Both the position numbers and the translations under genes were made by a program. The notes beneath the pieces were generated by a model. It ran no database searches. It was not told the DNA's origin and saw only the letters and a list, made by a program, of their open reading frames with translations. Positions 27,781 to 40,926 of a stretch of DNA of 64,000 bases are shown in pieces. The stretch is from assembly GCF_964355755.1 (NCBI RefSeq), contig NC_092677.1, positions 62,001 through 126,000 of the forward strand. Reading direction: 5' to 3'. Source of the DNA: Antedon mediterranea. Taxonomy: Eukaryota > Animalia > Echinodermata. The stretch's first letter is position 1. The number at the start of each line of letters is the position of its first letter.

Positions 27781-29300
27781 TCACTGATTAGCCTACCGTA
27801 CATCCTTTAAAGGACAGACCTGAACACTAGATAAGATTACCATATGAACATACTACATAAGGGGTCATGACCTCCCATGCATGTTAACCCACAATCCATT
27901 GTTCTCTAATTATTGGCTTTGTTCCAAAATTGAATATTCAAAAATGAAAGATAAACAAAACAAGTAGTTTGAGAAACTGAATGACAGTAAAGTTAACAAC
28001 CAATAGGAACCTTCAAAAATAAACAATAGCAACCAATGACAAACCTGGAAACAAAATACCAACAAGTCACACCAAGCCTTATGAATATTCATTAAAAGGC
28101 ATTCATTTACATACAGATCTACAACCCTACTCTCTCAACATGTCATTTATTAATCAAAAACAAGATACAGTACTATATGATGTACTATAATAATCTTTTA
28201 AATATTATACACTATTTTGATACTCATTATATTTTTTATTATTTCATGTAGCTTAACATTTTTATTTACTATTTTAAATTTTTATGTAGTAAATGTGTTT
28301 TGATACAGTATTTTTTTTTTGTATCGTGATATAATAATATTATTATTTAGAATATTAATATTATTCCTGTTTTAATTTATATATCATTTTAAAACATTTT
28401 ACGTTTTTTAAATTGTAAAAATTTTATAGCGTTATCATTTTTAATATTGTAATTTTAATACTAGCCAGTTATTTATTGGATATATAGAATAAAATAATTT
28501 TTATTATTTTTAATGTTAATAAAATTAGTAACATTTTTTTTTTTGGATGGAATAACGCTTTTTGAACAGTGGCACAAACCAAAAGAAGCACTAAATACAT
28601 ACTTTATAACTAAAATATGCCAATGATATAAAAGGTGATTCCTTTAAATAAATACTATCATATATGAATAAACATATAGGAAACAGCCAATAAGCTAAAC
28701 CTTTGTCTGCTATTAATTAATTTATGACCATTAACACACTCTTCCAATTTAATTCTTATTGATTTCCTGTGTAAAGAAAGATAAGTTACATGAGGTGGAT
28801 TAGGTTAACAACACACTATAAATCCCTCAAATCAAGACACACAACCAAAATGGATTTACCATCTGGAGTTTATTGGTTTATCCAAAACAATTACTCTTGT
28901 CTTATCTGGTACTGACAAGCAAGGACAGTGATTATTTGGTCTGGTGCTGTTCTATTGTTTCTGCTCATTAATTACTAATCATCATGTAAAGCTATTTCAG
29001 CTTTCTGAACAAACAAGTTAAGTTGGCAAAACAATGCACATGATCTCTTGTTATGATAAGACACTTGTTACACAAAGCACTCAAAATAACTATCTTTTAA
29101 TTGAGAGTGACAGCAACACAATTTAAAGCACTTGCTAAAAAAAGTATATTTTAAATTAAATAAGACTTTATTTACTACAGTATAATACTTTTAATATTTT
29201 TTCTTAATTTTTAAAATCATGAATATGAATGGCAACATTATACAGTTTTTTAACTCTGGTACCTGATTGATATATTATGTTATCCTTTGTTACAATTCGC

Positions 29301-29340
29301 TTCACCTGATGATGGGCTATGCCCGAAACATGTCATGTTA
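29301..29340 (+). ncRNA. Penelope-type minimal hammerhead ribozyme motif (probably decayed)
   Basis: CTGATGA-T-GGGC(TAT)GCCC-GAAAC-ATG-TC: intact core boxes, stem II and palindromic ACATGT; stem I is mismatched. Confidence 0.65.
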
Positions 29341-29450
29341 ATAAATTTATTTATTAATTTGATTTTAATAATAATATAGTTTTGTAGAGTATTTTTTTTT
29401 TTTAAACTAATATTCTAGAAAATTTGATTAAACATAATTAATGAACTTAC

Positions 29451-29576
29451 CAGAGGATGGTAAAAAAGTGTCAAGTTTGATAGACTGAAAGAATTGTGAC
29501 TGGTTTCCAAGTGATGTCTGGTTTGGTAAAATGGTGTTTTCAGCAGTAAAAGGTACAGTATGGGAATCAATGCTTC
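29451..29576 (-). CDS. ETS1: ETS1/2 coding exon
   Basis: 126-nt phase 1-1 exon SIDSHTVPF...FLPSS with polypyrimidine/tag acceptor and gtaagt donor. Confidence 0.8.
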
Positions 29577-30015
29577 CTATAAAAGAAAGGAAGAATTCAA
29601 CATTTGTCAATCAAACAGTACCAGTACTTCTGCAGCAGTCAATGTTAACAATAGACATTTATAAAGAACATTTCATTGTTTATTCAAAAATAAACAAATA
29701 ATGTCAATCATGTCAAATCATACTACCATGCTTTTTATTTTATACTTGGTCTATTGTACCAGGGAAGTTAACTCTTCCATGATTGTACATATAACATGTA
29801 AGGTAGTCTACACTACAGGCCATTTTAATATCACATCTGTAAGTAATAACTTTGACCAAAAATTGAATGTTGTAAACAAAAATTATATAATAACCTAATA
29901 AACTGTAACTAACTGTATTTAATACTATACTATTTAAATTTTCATTTTATACATTTTTATGACAGATTTTTTAACACAATACAGAAAATGGATAGAATAA
30001 CATAATTTGTTAAAC

Positions 30016-30216
30016 CTTTTTTGAGTTGATCAAGATGTTCCCAAAGAATGTCTCCCATGAACGGTGGTGCCATCGACAAGAATTCTTCTTTTGAAAGGCT
30101 AGTAAGTTTGTGCCCACTAATACTAAAATTCTCGACCACTACCCCTTCAAGACAAAATTCTTTGATTGCCCACAACAACCAAGCAACTACTTGACACTCA
30201 TTCCAATGGATAGGAT
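30016..30216 (-). CDS. ETS1: ETS1/2 PNT (SAM) domain exon
   Basis: DPIHWNECQVVAWLLWAIKEF...LSKEEFLSMAPPFMGDILWEHLDQLKK. Confidence 0.95.
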
Positions 30217-30350
30217 CTGTAAAAAAAATATATATATATATAAATTGGCTTGTGCGCGTGCGTACAACTGAGGACTAGTTCTGTTCCACCGTACCACGCC
30301 GAGAATGTTAAAGAGTCGCTATCCAATCGAGTTTGAACAATACCATGAAA

Positions 30351-30422
30351 GCCCCAGTGGTCTAATGGTTAGGAAATCTGCATATCAAGCAGGCGGTCCG
30401 AGTTCGAGTCTCGGTTGGGACG
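30351..30422 (+). pseudogene. tRNA-like sequence (Asp-like, ATC anticodon), likely pseudo-tRNA within a mobile cassette
   Basis: A box TGGTCTAATGG, T arm CCGAG-TTCGAGT-CTCGG, anticodon arm TCTGC-ATATCAA-GCAGG, imperfect acceptor and D stems, TTTTT immediately downstream. Confidence 0.7.
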
Positions 30423-30773
30423 ACTTTTTCTCATTCTCACAGATTAATTCAATTTCAGTATATCACCGGGCGGTTTAGAATTAATGTTCATTGCCTGATG
30501 TGTTTATATATAAATTGGCATGTTCATAGAACTACAGTACCTGTAATCTATAGGTGATATTATAAAGTGTTAGACAGGAACTTAACAATTAAATACATGT
30601 ACTGTACACTGACATATAAAACAGGAACTCAACTCAGTTTGTGTATTATCTGTCATCTAGCAAGCAATTGAAAGTTTCCTGAAAGGTGCATTATCATTAT
30701 TCTCATTTTTTACTTATAAATCCTATGCATAAATTTCCTGGAAATACTAAACAAAGTGGGACGACAGGTTTAC

Positions 30774-30890
30774 CTGATGGTATGCTCAATCTTTGCTGCT
30801 CCTTTTTAAAACTACTGAAACTTTCTTTCAACCATGCATTCATCAAAGCATTTGTACCAGGTGTGGGTGGGGGCATAGTTGGATGTAAAT
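30774..30890 (-). CDS. ETS1: ETS1/2 exon with MAPK phosphoacceptor and start of PNT
   Basis: LHPTMPPPTPGTNALMNAWLKESFSSFKKEQQRLSIPS; compare ETS1 [32 protein letters not shown]. Confidence 0.93.
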
Positions 30891-33866
30891 CTGAAAAATA
30901 ATGTACATTATTTAATTTTACAAACTTACACAGAATATAATTATAAAGAAATAGTATTAATCATAAATAATATTATTTCTTTAAATATGTCATGGCTAGG
31001 GATGGTACCATGTAGTGTAATGTAGTAACTTTTTTACTCTGCTTTTAACTCCAGATAATTAGTTAGATATTCTTACTACTAAAGTACTAGTCCTCAAAAA
31101 CTGAATTAATAATATCAACATAACACATTACTACTAAAGTACCAGTCCTCAAAAACTGAATTAAGAACAACATAACACATGACATCATTTTATTTACCAT
31201 ACCTGAAGAATGGTTGGATATTTTGTAAAAAATTATACTTTTATATTTTAGAAATTAAATTACTGAAGAAAGAATGAAACAATTACTAATTTAAAATATT
31301 CAAAATGATTAAAGAGAATAAACATGTATTGTACAGAAACAATGGATTGCATTGTTTAATATAATTTAAAAGTATCACAACATGCAGCAAAATAAAACTT
31401 AAGTGACTTGAAATGAATTAAACCATATTTGTTACACAATTAATTAACTCCCTAACTAAACTATTTAATTTGTTTTTTAACTGTTGCAATTTGGAATAAA
31501 ACTTATGTTACTTGAAATGAATTAAGCCATATTTTACACAATTAATTAACTCAACTAACTTAAAATGAATATGTAAGTCATATTTGTTAAACAATTAATT
31601 AACTCCCTAACTAAACTATTTAACTTGTTTTTTAACTGTTGTAGTTTGGAATAAAACTTATGTGACTTGTTGAAATGAATTAAGTCATATTTACACAATT
31701 AATTAACTCACTAACTAAACTATAAACTTGTTTTTAACTGTTGCAACATGATTTGCATTAGGAGTAAACAAATGGGTGAGGCAAATTGTTTTAATTGAAT
31801 AATTATTATTAATTTCCTTTTTGAAAGATTTAAGGTCATTTGATAGGGTCAAATGTCATAACAACAAAATCATATTACTTACAGATTATACATTAGGAAG
31901 TGTAGACAATGAACAAATTGGGGTTTAACAAAGAGAACTAACAATAGATCATGAGAAGATCTAAAAATTAGACAAATAAATACCAGCAGTAGAGAAGAGA
32001 TTATAATAAAGATTGTAACTAAAAAAAAATTAAATATCTACTTTTAATATTCTATTAATTATTATTTTACTTGAGTTAATCACGACAATTAGAAAATCTA
32101 AAATAAGAAAGTAGATGGAAGATACATGAGATTTATAGAAAGATTGTAACTGAATAAATGTTTAACAATATGTAATTTTCCCAAATTTTAAAACAAAAAG
32201 ATTTAATAGAGAAAGGAAAATGTATTAAAACGATAGCATTTTGTTGGAGGCATCAGTCAGACGGGAAAACAATTTGACAGTTATAGCATGGAAAAACATA
32301 AGGTTATTATTAACGGGTGTGTCATTGGTACAGAATGGATGAAAGTACTGACAAATTTGGATAACAGGAAATTAGAGGCAAAGATGAAATTGAGCAAGCA
32401 TATCAATTGATTACTGTTCAGCCAACTCGCTTGCTTATTGTCTGTCTCTTCATAAAAATAATGTCTGGAGTGTCACCATTATAAAGAGAAATAAACCCAC
32501 ACCCATTTTTATAGTTAAAGTAATTGTAAGAGTAAGTGTAAATATGATCCTCTTAGGCAGTACAAATAATTACATGCATGTTTATGTAATAATAATCTTT
32601 AAAAAAAATAATAACAATCTTTTAAGAAAATGGAAAACCCAAAATGTCAAAGAAGTAATGACTTGACTTTTTATGAGTTGTTTATTGGAATATTTAGGAG
32701 TGGTTAATAGTTTCATTTTGTGAACATAGGAGGTGAGAAGCTTACAGTAAAAGAACCTTAGGAAACAGCTGGTGCGTGTAGATAGCCAAGATTTCCTTCC
32801 TATTTAAGCTTATCACTGAATGACACCATACAAGCGCTCACTGTAAACAACATATCTTAATAAATTAACCAATCAAAATGCAGCAAACATTGTTTTTGCA
32901 CTGATTCAATGAATGAATGTTGTAGGCAATTCAATTTGTTTGTTTCTAATCCTTCACATCAAAACTAAATTAAACTGTTTTTCTGTCAATAAATTATTTC
33001 CAGCCAATCAGATCTGAAATATTAACAAATCTTCGGTGGTGCTAATATGATTATCAAGTGGAATTATTCAATTAATTTTGACCTTAACCCAGCTACATTT
33101 TGAAATATTTATTTCGCTTATAAATACACATGTACTTTTTTTGGCTATTAATTTTAATTTTGGTAACAATATTTAGCTTTTAATTTGATATAAGATATAT
33201 AAGATTTAACTTGAATTATAATAAAAAATATAAGAAAATTTGAAAATTAAAAAATATCTTTTAATACTTGTTAGCAAAATATCTCTAATAAAAACTTGTC
33301 TATGAAAAGATGACAACTTTAAAAATTTAACTTTAAAATATACAGAGAATAGAAGTATCATTTTCAAGTTTAATTAGTTTAAATGTGTGCTTCATCCAAA
33401 TACTGTACATTAAAAACTGACTATCCCAAAAAAATAATAAAAATTGGGCGGATAATATTGTCATTAGAAAGGGAAAGAGTGAGGAAAAAAAAGATGATTT
33501 AAACTTTAACTATTATGTTGCTGGATATTGATCAAAATATGAAAAAACATTTTCCCAAGTAATAATTTTAGAATTTGTTGAGGGAGACAGTAAATAATTT
33601 ATTGTTGTTATCATAGAAATGACATCGTCATTAATATAAATAATATTTTTTCGCTCACCAAAAAAAAACTACCAAGAGTAAGAATAATACTGAAGCCAAA
33701 CAGATTTTGGACTCACTTTGATTTGCCAGATTAAACCCCCCATTGCTAAATATTATTATATCCCTTTGTAGAAAAAATACAAAAGATGATTAAACATAAA
33801 AAAGAATATGTAACATATTGTCACTGTGTGTACACATTTGTACTATTGCTTAAAATAAAAACTTAC

Positions 33867-33990
33867 CAACTGGACTTGAATTCAAATCATCGGGTAAGTC
33901 AAAGCCGGTTGGTACCTCTTGTGCTTTTGGTTCTTGCTTGATTTTAATTGTTGGAATTGAACGATTCCAGCGTTTACATGAACCGTCCAT
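33867..33990 (-). CDS. ETS1: ETS1/2 probable first coding exon
   Basis: gagATGg start, MDGSCKRWNRSIPTIKIKQEPK...NSSPV, phase-1 gtaagt donor; acceptor upstream near 34018. Confidence 0.7.
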
Positions 33991-36900
33991 CTCTCCACAT
34001 TTACCTGTAAATTCTTTCTGCAAAAAAAAGTAATAATAATTAACAAAAAATAAAAGAAAAAATCTTGATAATATTTGACCAAAATAGCAATAATAACGAT
34101 AACTGGCACAATTTACAGTATAACAAACCTTTATAACTAGTTCACTCATGTTGACGGTTCCAAACTACTAGTGTAATAATAAATTATATAATTATAATAA
34201 TGTTGACAACAATAGAATAAGCAGGCCTGCTGCCTTAATTGTTCCCAAACAACCACCTAGTTTAGAAGTTAGCACAAGTCTTGCATTTATCAGTACAACA
34301 TCAATCAATAACTAATAAAACCTGTCCTATTTTGCCAAATGACTCACAAATCACACTATCTTATTGGTTAAAAACTAATAGCCAATTTACATACTAAATA
34401 AGAAGCTTACACATGTTCGTGAATCAGTTGATTTGACTTTTAACTTTTTAAAATATGAAAAACAGAATAATATTACTTATTTATGATATTATTTAATAAT
34501 TGAGATGATCACTGTAGCCAGTAATCATCATCAACAATTTGATATAAAAATAACAAAAATTTTACTTGTTTTGCTAACCAACAAATAATAATAATTATTA
34601 AGTTACTACAGGAGTCATTTTTCCATGCATGAAGTTTCATAGAATTAACCACAATAATTAAGAAACAGGAAATTAACTTTTTGACAATTAAACAGACAAA
34701 TTAAACTATTTTGCTTATCAATGGACGCAAGTAAAAAATAACATCAAACTTATGAATAAATTTATTTTAATCATGTTTTAGGTCAGGTTTACCTACTTTA
34801 ATTTAATTTAAAGAAAACAAAAATAATTAATTTACTAAGATAAATTTGTTTACAGCACTTTCTAGAAATTATTAGTTTAAATGTATACTAGAATACATTT
34901 CTAGATTTTAAATTGTCAAATATTAGATCTAAATATTTATTATTATATATATTATATATTTTTTTAACAGTTATATTCCAAATTTTCTTATTCAGATTTT
35001 TATTCTTATGTAATTTATTTTATTTTTTGGTTTTGTTTTTCTTTAATTTTTCTGTTTTTGTTGTATTTTGTGTATCGTATCTGTTCGGAGGGTCCCAAAT
35101 GATCAGCAACTGTTGGATGGATCACCCTCATTAAATATGGTTAAAATAAATATTAAAATAAAGTGCTTAACTTACTTAATGACAGAGAAACTTGATTTGA
35201 CACTTTAATGATTACTTTGCTGATAGAACACCTTGCACAAACTTAATGAATATTCAATGCACAGACATACTCTCTTAAATATTATATTACTCTCTTGGTA
35301 GGTGTTGTCTACCATTTGCTAGCCTGCCATTGGTAAGTATTTACTTCTATTGTATACTAAAGGTCAAATTAATTGAAAAGCTAAAAAATTAGCTTTGTTT
35401 TAAATTGGGTGAATTTTGAATACACATTGTAGTATAGGTAACATCAAAGGTATTTGATCCAAAGCTGAGACTAAAAACTGTGAATAAATGTTATTTCATT
35501 ACAATATGCTTTATAATTACCACACCTATATCACAATGATAGCCAAAATAAACAACATTCTTTATTATACTCCACCCATCATCATCCTCCACCTTAAGGA
35601 TAATCAACCATTTTAATAATCCCCACCCATTTATTCCATTTATTAAATTACAGCTTTCCACCAAAAACCAAATTAAATTTGTAGTAGTCAAGTAGTTTTT
35701 CACTGTTAATATTTAATCTGGGCTTAAAAAACTGTTGACATTTTAAAGGACTATAAAATATACTATATAAGAATATCTGAAAACTGCATTAGAATAGGGT
35801 ACTGTACCTTAACTATCATATCAACATGCTTATTTTGATTTGAATCGGGAACACAGGCATCATCACTGTCACTATAAACCAAAGTCATAGCAAGTATAAG
35901 TGTCTGTCAATGAAAACAAAAATCAAAATTAAATTGCAATTTAATAAAAAAAAAAAACAATAACTCATTCTAATGGTACACTAATCAGTTATTCTGTTCA
36001 GTTTACACTTACAGGTAAAACAACCAAGAAAAATGTGAGCAAATCAAATTATGAAAACATGAATAACATTTTAAATAATATGTAGCAAACCTGTAAAGTG
36101 TAGCAATTATAATTTATTGAGTATTTACTAATTTCTGTCTTTAATGTGATAACATTTTCAGCATGACAGTACTAATTACAAAAGTGGATTACAGATATAC
36201 TGTTCATACTACACATTATAGCAAAACATAAAGTAAAGTGCATAATTATGGTAATCCAACAATTTTTTTTTTAATTGCTGGCAAGGAAATTATATTTTCA
36301 ACCATAAACCAAGGAGTTAAGAGGGATATTTCAGTTTGTGAGGAGGACCAAACTATGCCATGTTTCATGTGCGCATGTGGAGATCGTGTCCTCGACACAG
36401 GTTTGATGATTTCTCATGTGCGCATGTGGAGATCGTGTCCTCGACACAGGTTTGATGATTTCTAGGTCCAGACGACACATCAATTGAATTGACCTAGATT
36501 GGTAATTGTAAATCGCAAGCTCCCTAAATAACAACCCTGGACACTTGGAGTTGGGGGACAGAATGTAAAACCGTTCATGAAATGCTTGTCCCACTCAACC
36601 ACATTTTTGCCCAATCTTTTCAATGAATAATGATGCTTCATTCAAACTTTCAATTGATACCAATTTTGAGTTGCATTTTTAATTTTTGAAGTGATATGAA
36701 AATTATGAACACATAAAAGGATGGAATTTATGAAGGTACATTAAGTTGAAGGGGATTTGGCAAAAGCTCAGGCTTTTAAAAAAAAAATAAAATAGGTCTT
36801 TGCTAATATCAGTGCTTGGTAAGATTTTGTGCAAAAATCAAACATTCAAAGGCTTTAAAATTTTAAAATAGTACAATTTATTTTTATTTTTAACTTTATT

Positions 36901-37083
36901 TATTGAGGGTAACCATTTTAACTGGACAAATTAATGCCAGTTGATATTCAGGGGACCTCTTAAATTCTAATAAAATACATAAAAATGATAAATTATATTA
37001 TGATAAAATACATTATTTAAGTCTTGTCCAAATATAGCCTAAATTAGACGATAGAAAATCAAACTATGTAGGTCAATCAATGA

Positions 37084-38389
37084 GGTCCTACTAAACACCA
37101 CTCGCAACCACATCGTACAGTACCACTCGCAACCACGTCCTACCACTCGCAAGCACTCGCTACAACGCGCAACCACTCGCAACCGAAATTCATATTAATT
37201 AAAGTACATTTGGCTTATTTATTGTCTTATTATCAATAAAAACCTATTTTTATACACATACTGTAAACGTCAAATTAGTCATAAAACTACGGAAAAACAA
37301 TCGTCAATCAACGCGTCAACTCACGCAAGAAATAACAACTCAGAATATAGAGGGCTTGTGTCATTGTCAAGGTGCCAGCCTTTAGTTATTCCAATGTTTT
37401 TCATAACGTTTAATATGTAATTTAACCATTATGTAATAATGACACAACGAAAATACAAGGATTTTTTTTCTCTCTCGGATCTGAATAGATTAAATTATAT
37501 ATTAAAATAGTATAAGGTCTTCATGAAATATATTCAAATCAAATCAACTTTATTTTGGATACATGTCCATAATAATACAAATACAAAAAAGGCACAATTT
37601 AATTAATTATTATTATTAATTAAATTATATTATTATGATAGGCCAAACAAGTATTAAAATAGGTATTTAACTTTCCAATATTAATTTTTATATAAACATT
37701 CAAAGTGGAAATAGTGGCAATAGTCCCATTGTTGACGCATTCAACAATTCAAGCACAACGACGCAGTTTCTATCGATGTTATATAGTACGACGGTTTAAC
37801 AAGATTTTTTGTGTATAAAAGCACCATTTTGTGTAAAAAATAGGTTTTTATTGATAATAATAGAGAGGTTTCGCAATCTTACGAATACGATAACGAAAAC
37901 GGATATGTCACGCACACGTATTCGTTTTCGTAAGCCAGTAAAAATCTGTTTCGCATGGCCTGCCTAGGCCTAGCGTAACATCAAAGCGAGTAAGGACTTT
38001 AAAAACTGCTATTTATCTAAATTGACCTGGCATTTTAGTAAATTACTTTAGTAAATTACTTTCAATAAATCTATAATTATATTATAATCATGAATCATTC
38101 CTAATTCAAATGCAAAATGTGCAAAATAGAGCAAAAACTATACTCGTTTTGTAGTTACGAATATGACTGGTGATATTCGTCAACACGAAAACGCTTTACG
38201 AATATGAAATGAGGATCAGCTCAAAAGTTTCAGAATGTGTTCCGTTATCGTATTCGTCAGGTTGCGAAACCTCCCTAATAAGACAATAAATAAGCCAAAT
38301 GTACTTTAATTAATAAGAATTTCGGTTGCGAGTGGTTGCGCGTTGAAGCGAGTGGTAGGACGTGGTTGCGAGTGGTGTTTAGTAGGACC
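37084..38389. mobile_element. Mutator-like (MULE) non-autonomous element with long TIRs
   Basis: GGTCCTACTAAACACCACTCGCAACC... inverted at both ends over about 150 bp or more; CAATCAATGA duplicated at 37074-37083 and 38390-38399. Confidence 0.9.
37861..38277. mobile_element. MITE nested in the right TIR of the MULE
   Basis: TIRs TAGAGAGGTTTCGCAATCTTACGAATACGATAACG / CGTTATCGTATTCGTCAGGTTGCGAAACCTCCCTA; the host TIR resumes after it. Confidence 0.88.
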
Positions 38390-38921
38390 CAATCAATGAT
38401 TCTAACAGTTTTTAAACAGAGAAATCGATAATCACCTTCAGGAAAGCAGACTTTAAAAAATAGAATCATGGTTAAATACTTTATTGCTAAATGAATTCGC
38501 AAACAATCCTAACTTTTAAAGAACAGCTCATTGATAAAAATCTATTTATTATTCTTTGACGTTGCCTCTCCTGCTCTGCGAAAATGTATCTATACATCCT
38601 GACTGATTGCATAACCCAGGTCGGCTTCCGTAAGGAGGAGGGGTCCATTTTTAGCGGATAGCTATGGATGTCTCCGGTCTCCAGTTACTACTATAGGCTA
38701 TCCTCCTAGGTAGGCTACTTAGTACTTGGTTAGGCCAGGGAGATGGGTTTATATAGTCCTAGGCCTAGTTAGGCCTAAAAAACCTGACTGATGCGAACAC
38801 AACCGAGAGAGACGTGAGTTAACAATTTTACATCCCAACTCATTAACTATCATATATCAAACGTATATACTAACACAACCTCAAATATAACTAAATACAT
38901 AGAATTCATGAAAGGCCATAC

Positions 38922-39210
38922 CTTCCTGACAATAGTGTTTTAGGTAAATAAATGTGATTTGAGTTTCCGACTAAATAATGCCTTCCTTCTCCATCAATGT
39001 GATGCCTGCCTGATTTCGTAAGATTTATTGATGCAACACTGGAGAGAGCAAGCGAGACAGATCAAAGGTTAAAGGTAAACGATAACAAGAGGATACGTGG
39101 TGGTGATTGGGTATCGCCAGACATATAAAAATAAATTATGCATATTCATAAGTTATTCAAGGTGTTTTAGCCAATAAACTGATCGGGAATAAAGTTAGAC
39201 GTCATGTGTA
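38922..39210 (-). promoter_or_regulatory. candidate ETS1/2 promoter and non-coding first exon
   Basis: AAG/gtatgg donor near 38921, CCAAT boxes near 39106 and 39171, octamer-like ATGCATAT, TAGACGTCA. No transcript evidence. Confidence 0.3.
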
Positions 39211-40926
39211 TACTTAATTAATATTACATTTTTCTGATTTGTTTACCATTACTTCGTCTTTATAGTTTTAATAAAAAAATATATATTTAAATGTCAATTG
39301 CCACAAATATAGACAGTGCTTTATTATTTTACAGTTATACGTAGGTCCACGAATATGGAATAAAATTTGATTGATGGGTAAATTTATAATTACTAAATCC
39401 TTTTTTTTTTCGATACTAAAAGATATTTAAAAAAAATGATTTCAGAACCAAATAATGTTATTTTAAATCTATATTCATTTCTGAACGTTTTAGCTTTTTG
39501 TTGGAGTGGCACGCCTAATTCAGAAGAAACACAATAAAAATTGGTGAAACTTGTTAGGCATTGGTCCTGATGCGCCACTGGTTATATTCACGCAAAATCT
39601 AGTCTTCTTAGATCTTTTGCCACTCCTTGGCGCAATCAAGCTATTTTTGTATGTTTGTATAAATGTGTGCGAAATTAATAAAATAAATAAATTTGTATTT
39701 AATTATTATTGTATTGCATGTTGTTTATGTGTATGTGTTCTCTACCTGAAATCTAATCTTGTCTAGCTTCATTGTCTTTTTTTATCGCCTCCTCCAGTGT
39801 CAGAGTGATTTAGATTGACGTACGTACTGGAAAGTCAAGCGGTTCTTTATCAGGTTGGACGTGCTGCACACCAATTATGTTTTTAAATACCGCTTCATTA
39901 TGTGAAAAATTAACCATGGGATTCTTTTTGGTGAGATGGGTTTTGGCACAAACGATGAAGACTATAAAATATTACTGTGACATACATTCTCAACGACGTG
40001 TGGATACGATGACGTCAGTCGGTGATATTTTTAGAACAATTTCAACCTTGATAGTGGATAGTAGGATAAACAGTCGCGTCGACCGGACGGAGGCATAAAT
40101 TGAAATTATAAAAAGGACAAAGGCAAGTGTAATAAAGTAACCCTTGAACAATAATTGTCATAATTCGGGAACAAAGCACCCTCTTTTGTCATCAACAACC
40201 AAAAAGATCATTTTTTTGCGGATTGCCTCTGATTGATCTGATTATCTATATTTCACATCAAATCAATAAAAGATTCCTTCTTTTATTTTGACCTTATTTA
40301 TTTTTTGGGGGATTTAAAAAAACCATTTAGGATTATTTTACCTTGAAGATGTTATCTCTAACTGATAAATTAGAACTTGCGCGGTTGGAACAAGTAACGT
40401 ATACGTACGTACGTATACATACGTACGTATTATCATTATTTGTCTAGTCTTGACATGCAAGAATTGTTCATAAAGATAATGAAGTATACGTGAACATAAA
40501 TTGTATAGCAAATAAATTATGTTATATGCTTATTTACCGTGAAAACTGTTTGCCCAGATTTTAGCGTTCGACTTAAAAACATTTATTCATGAATGGAACT
40601 CCTTTCTTGAGGTACACCTTATGAAACAGCTTGTATGACGGTAGTAAATTCTTTCTTTGTGAATATTTAATTCTATAAGCCGAATTTTAACGTGCAAATA
40701 TTGTGTATTTTGTTACTCGATGTTGTTTCTCTCCACATACGACAATATTTCCCCAGTATCATATAGGGGAATTCCCCGTAAGCCAGTGTCACGTGTATCA
40801 TCGGCATGTGATGTGGGTTAGTAAGTAAGTAATATTCATTGCTTTCCACAGACATCACAATTTATGAAACAGATAAAATATGAAGGAAAATAAATACATA
40901 GAACAATACAAACAAAGGCTTGAGAA

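Noticed and set aside
30351-30422. Functional tRNA-Asp gene
   Set aside because: Mismatches in the acceptor and D stems, A at position 32 and an atypical ATC anticodon; reported as a pseudo-tRNA instead.
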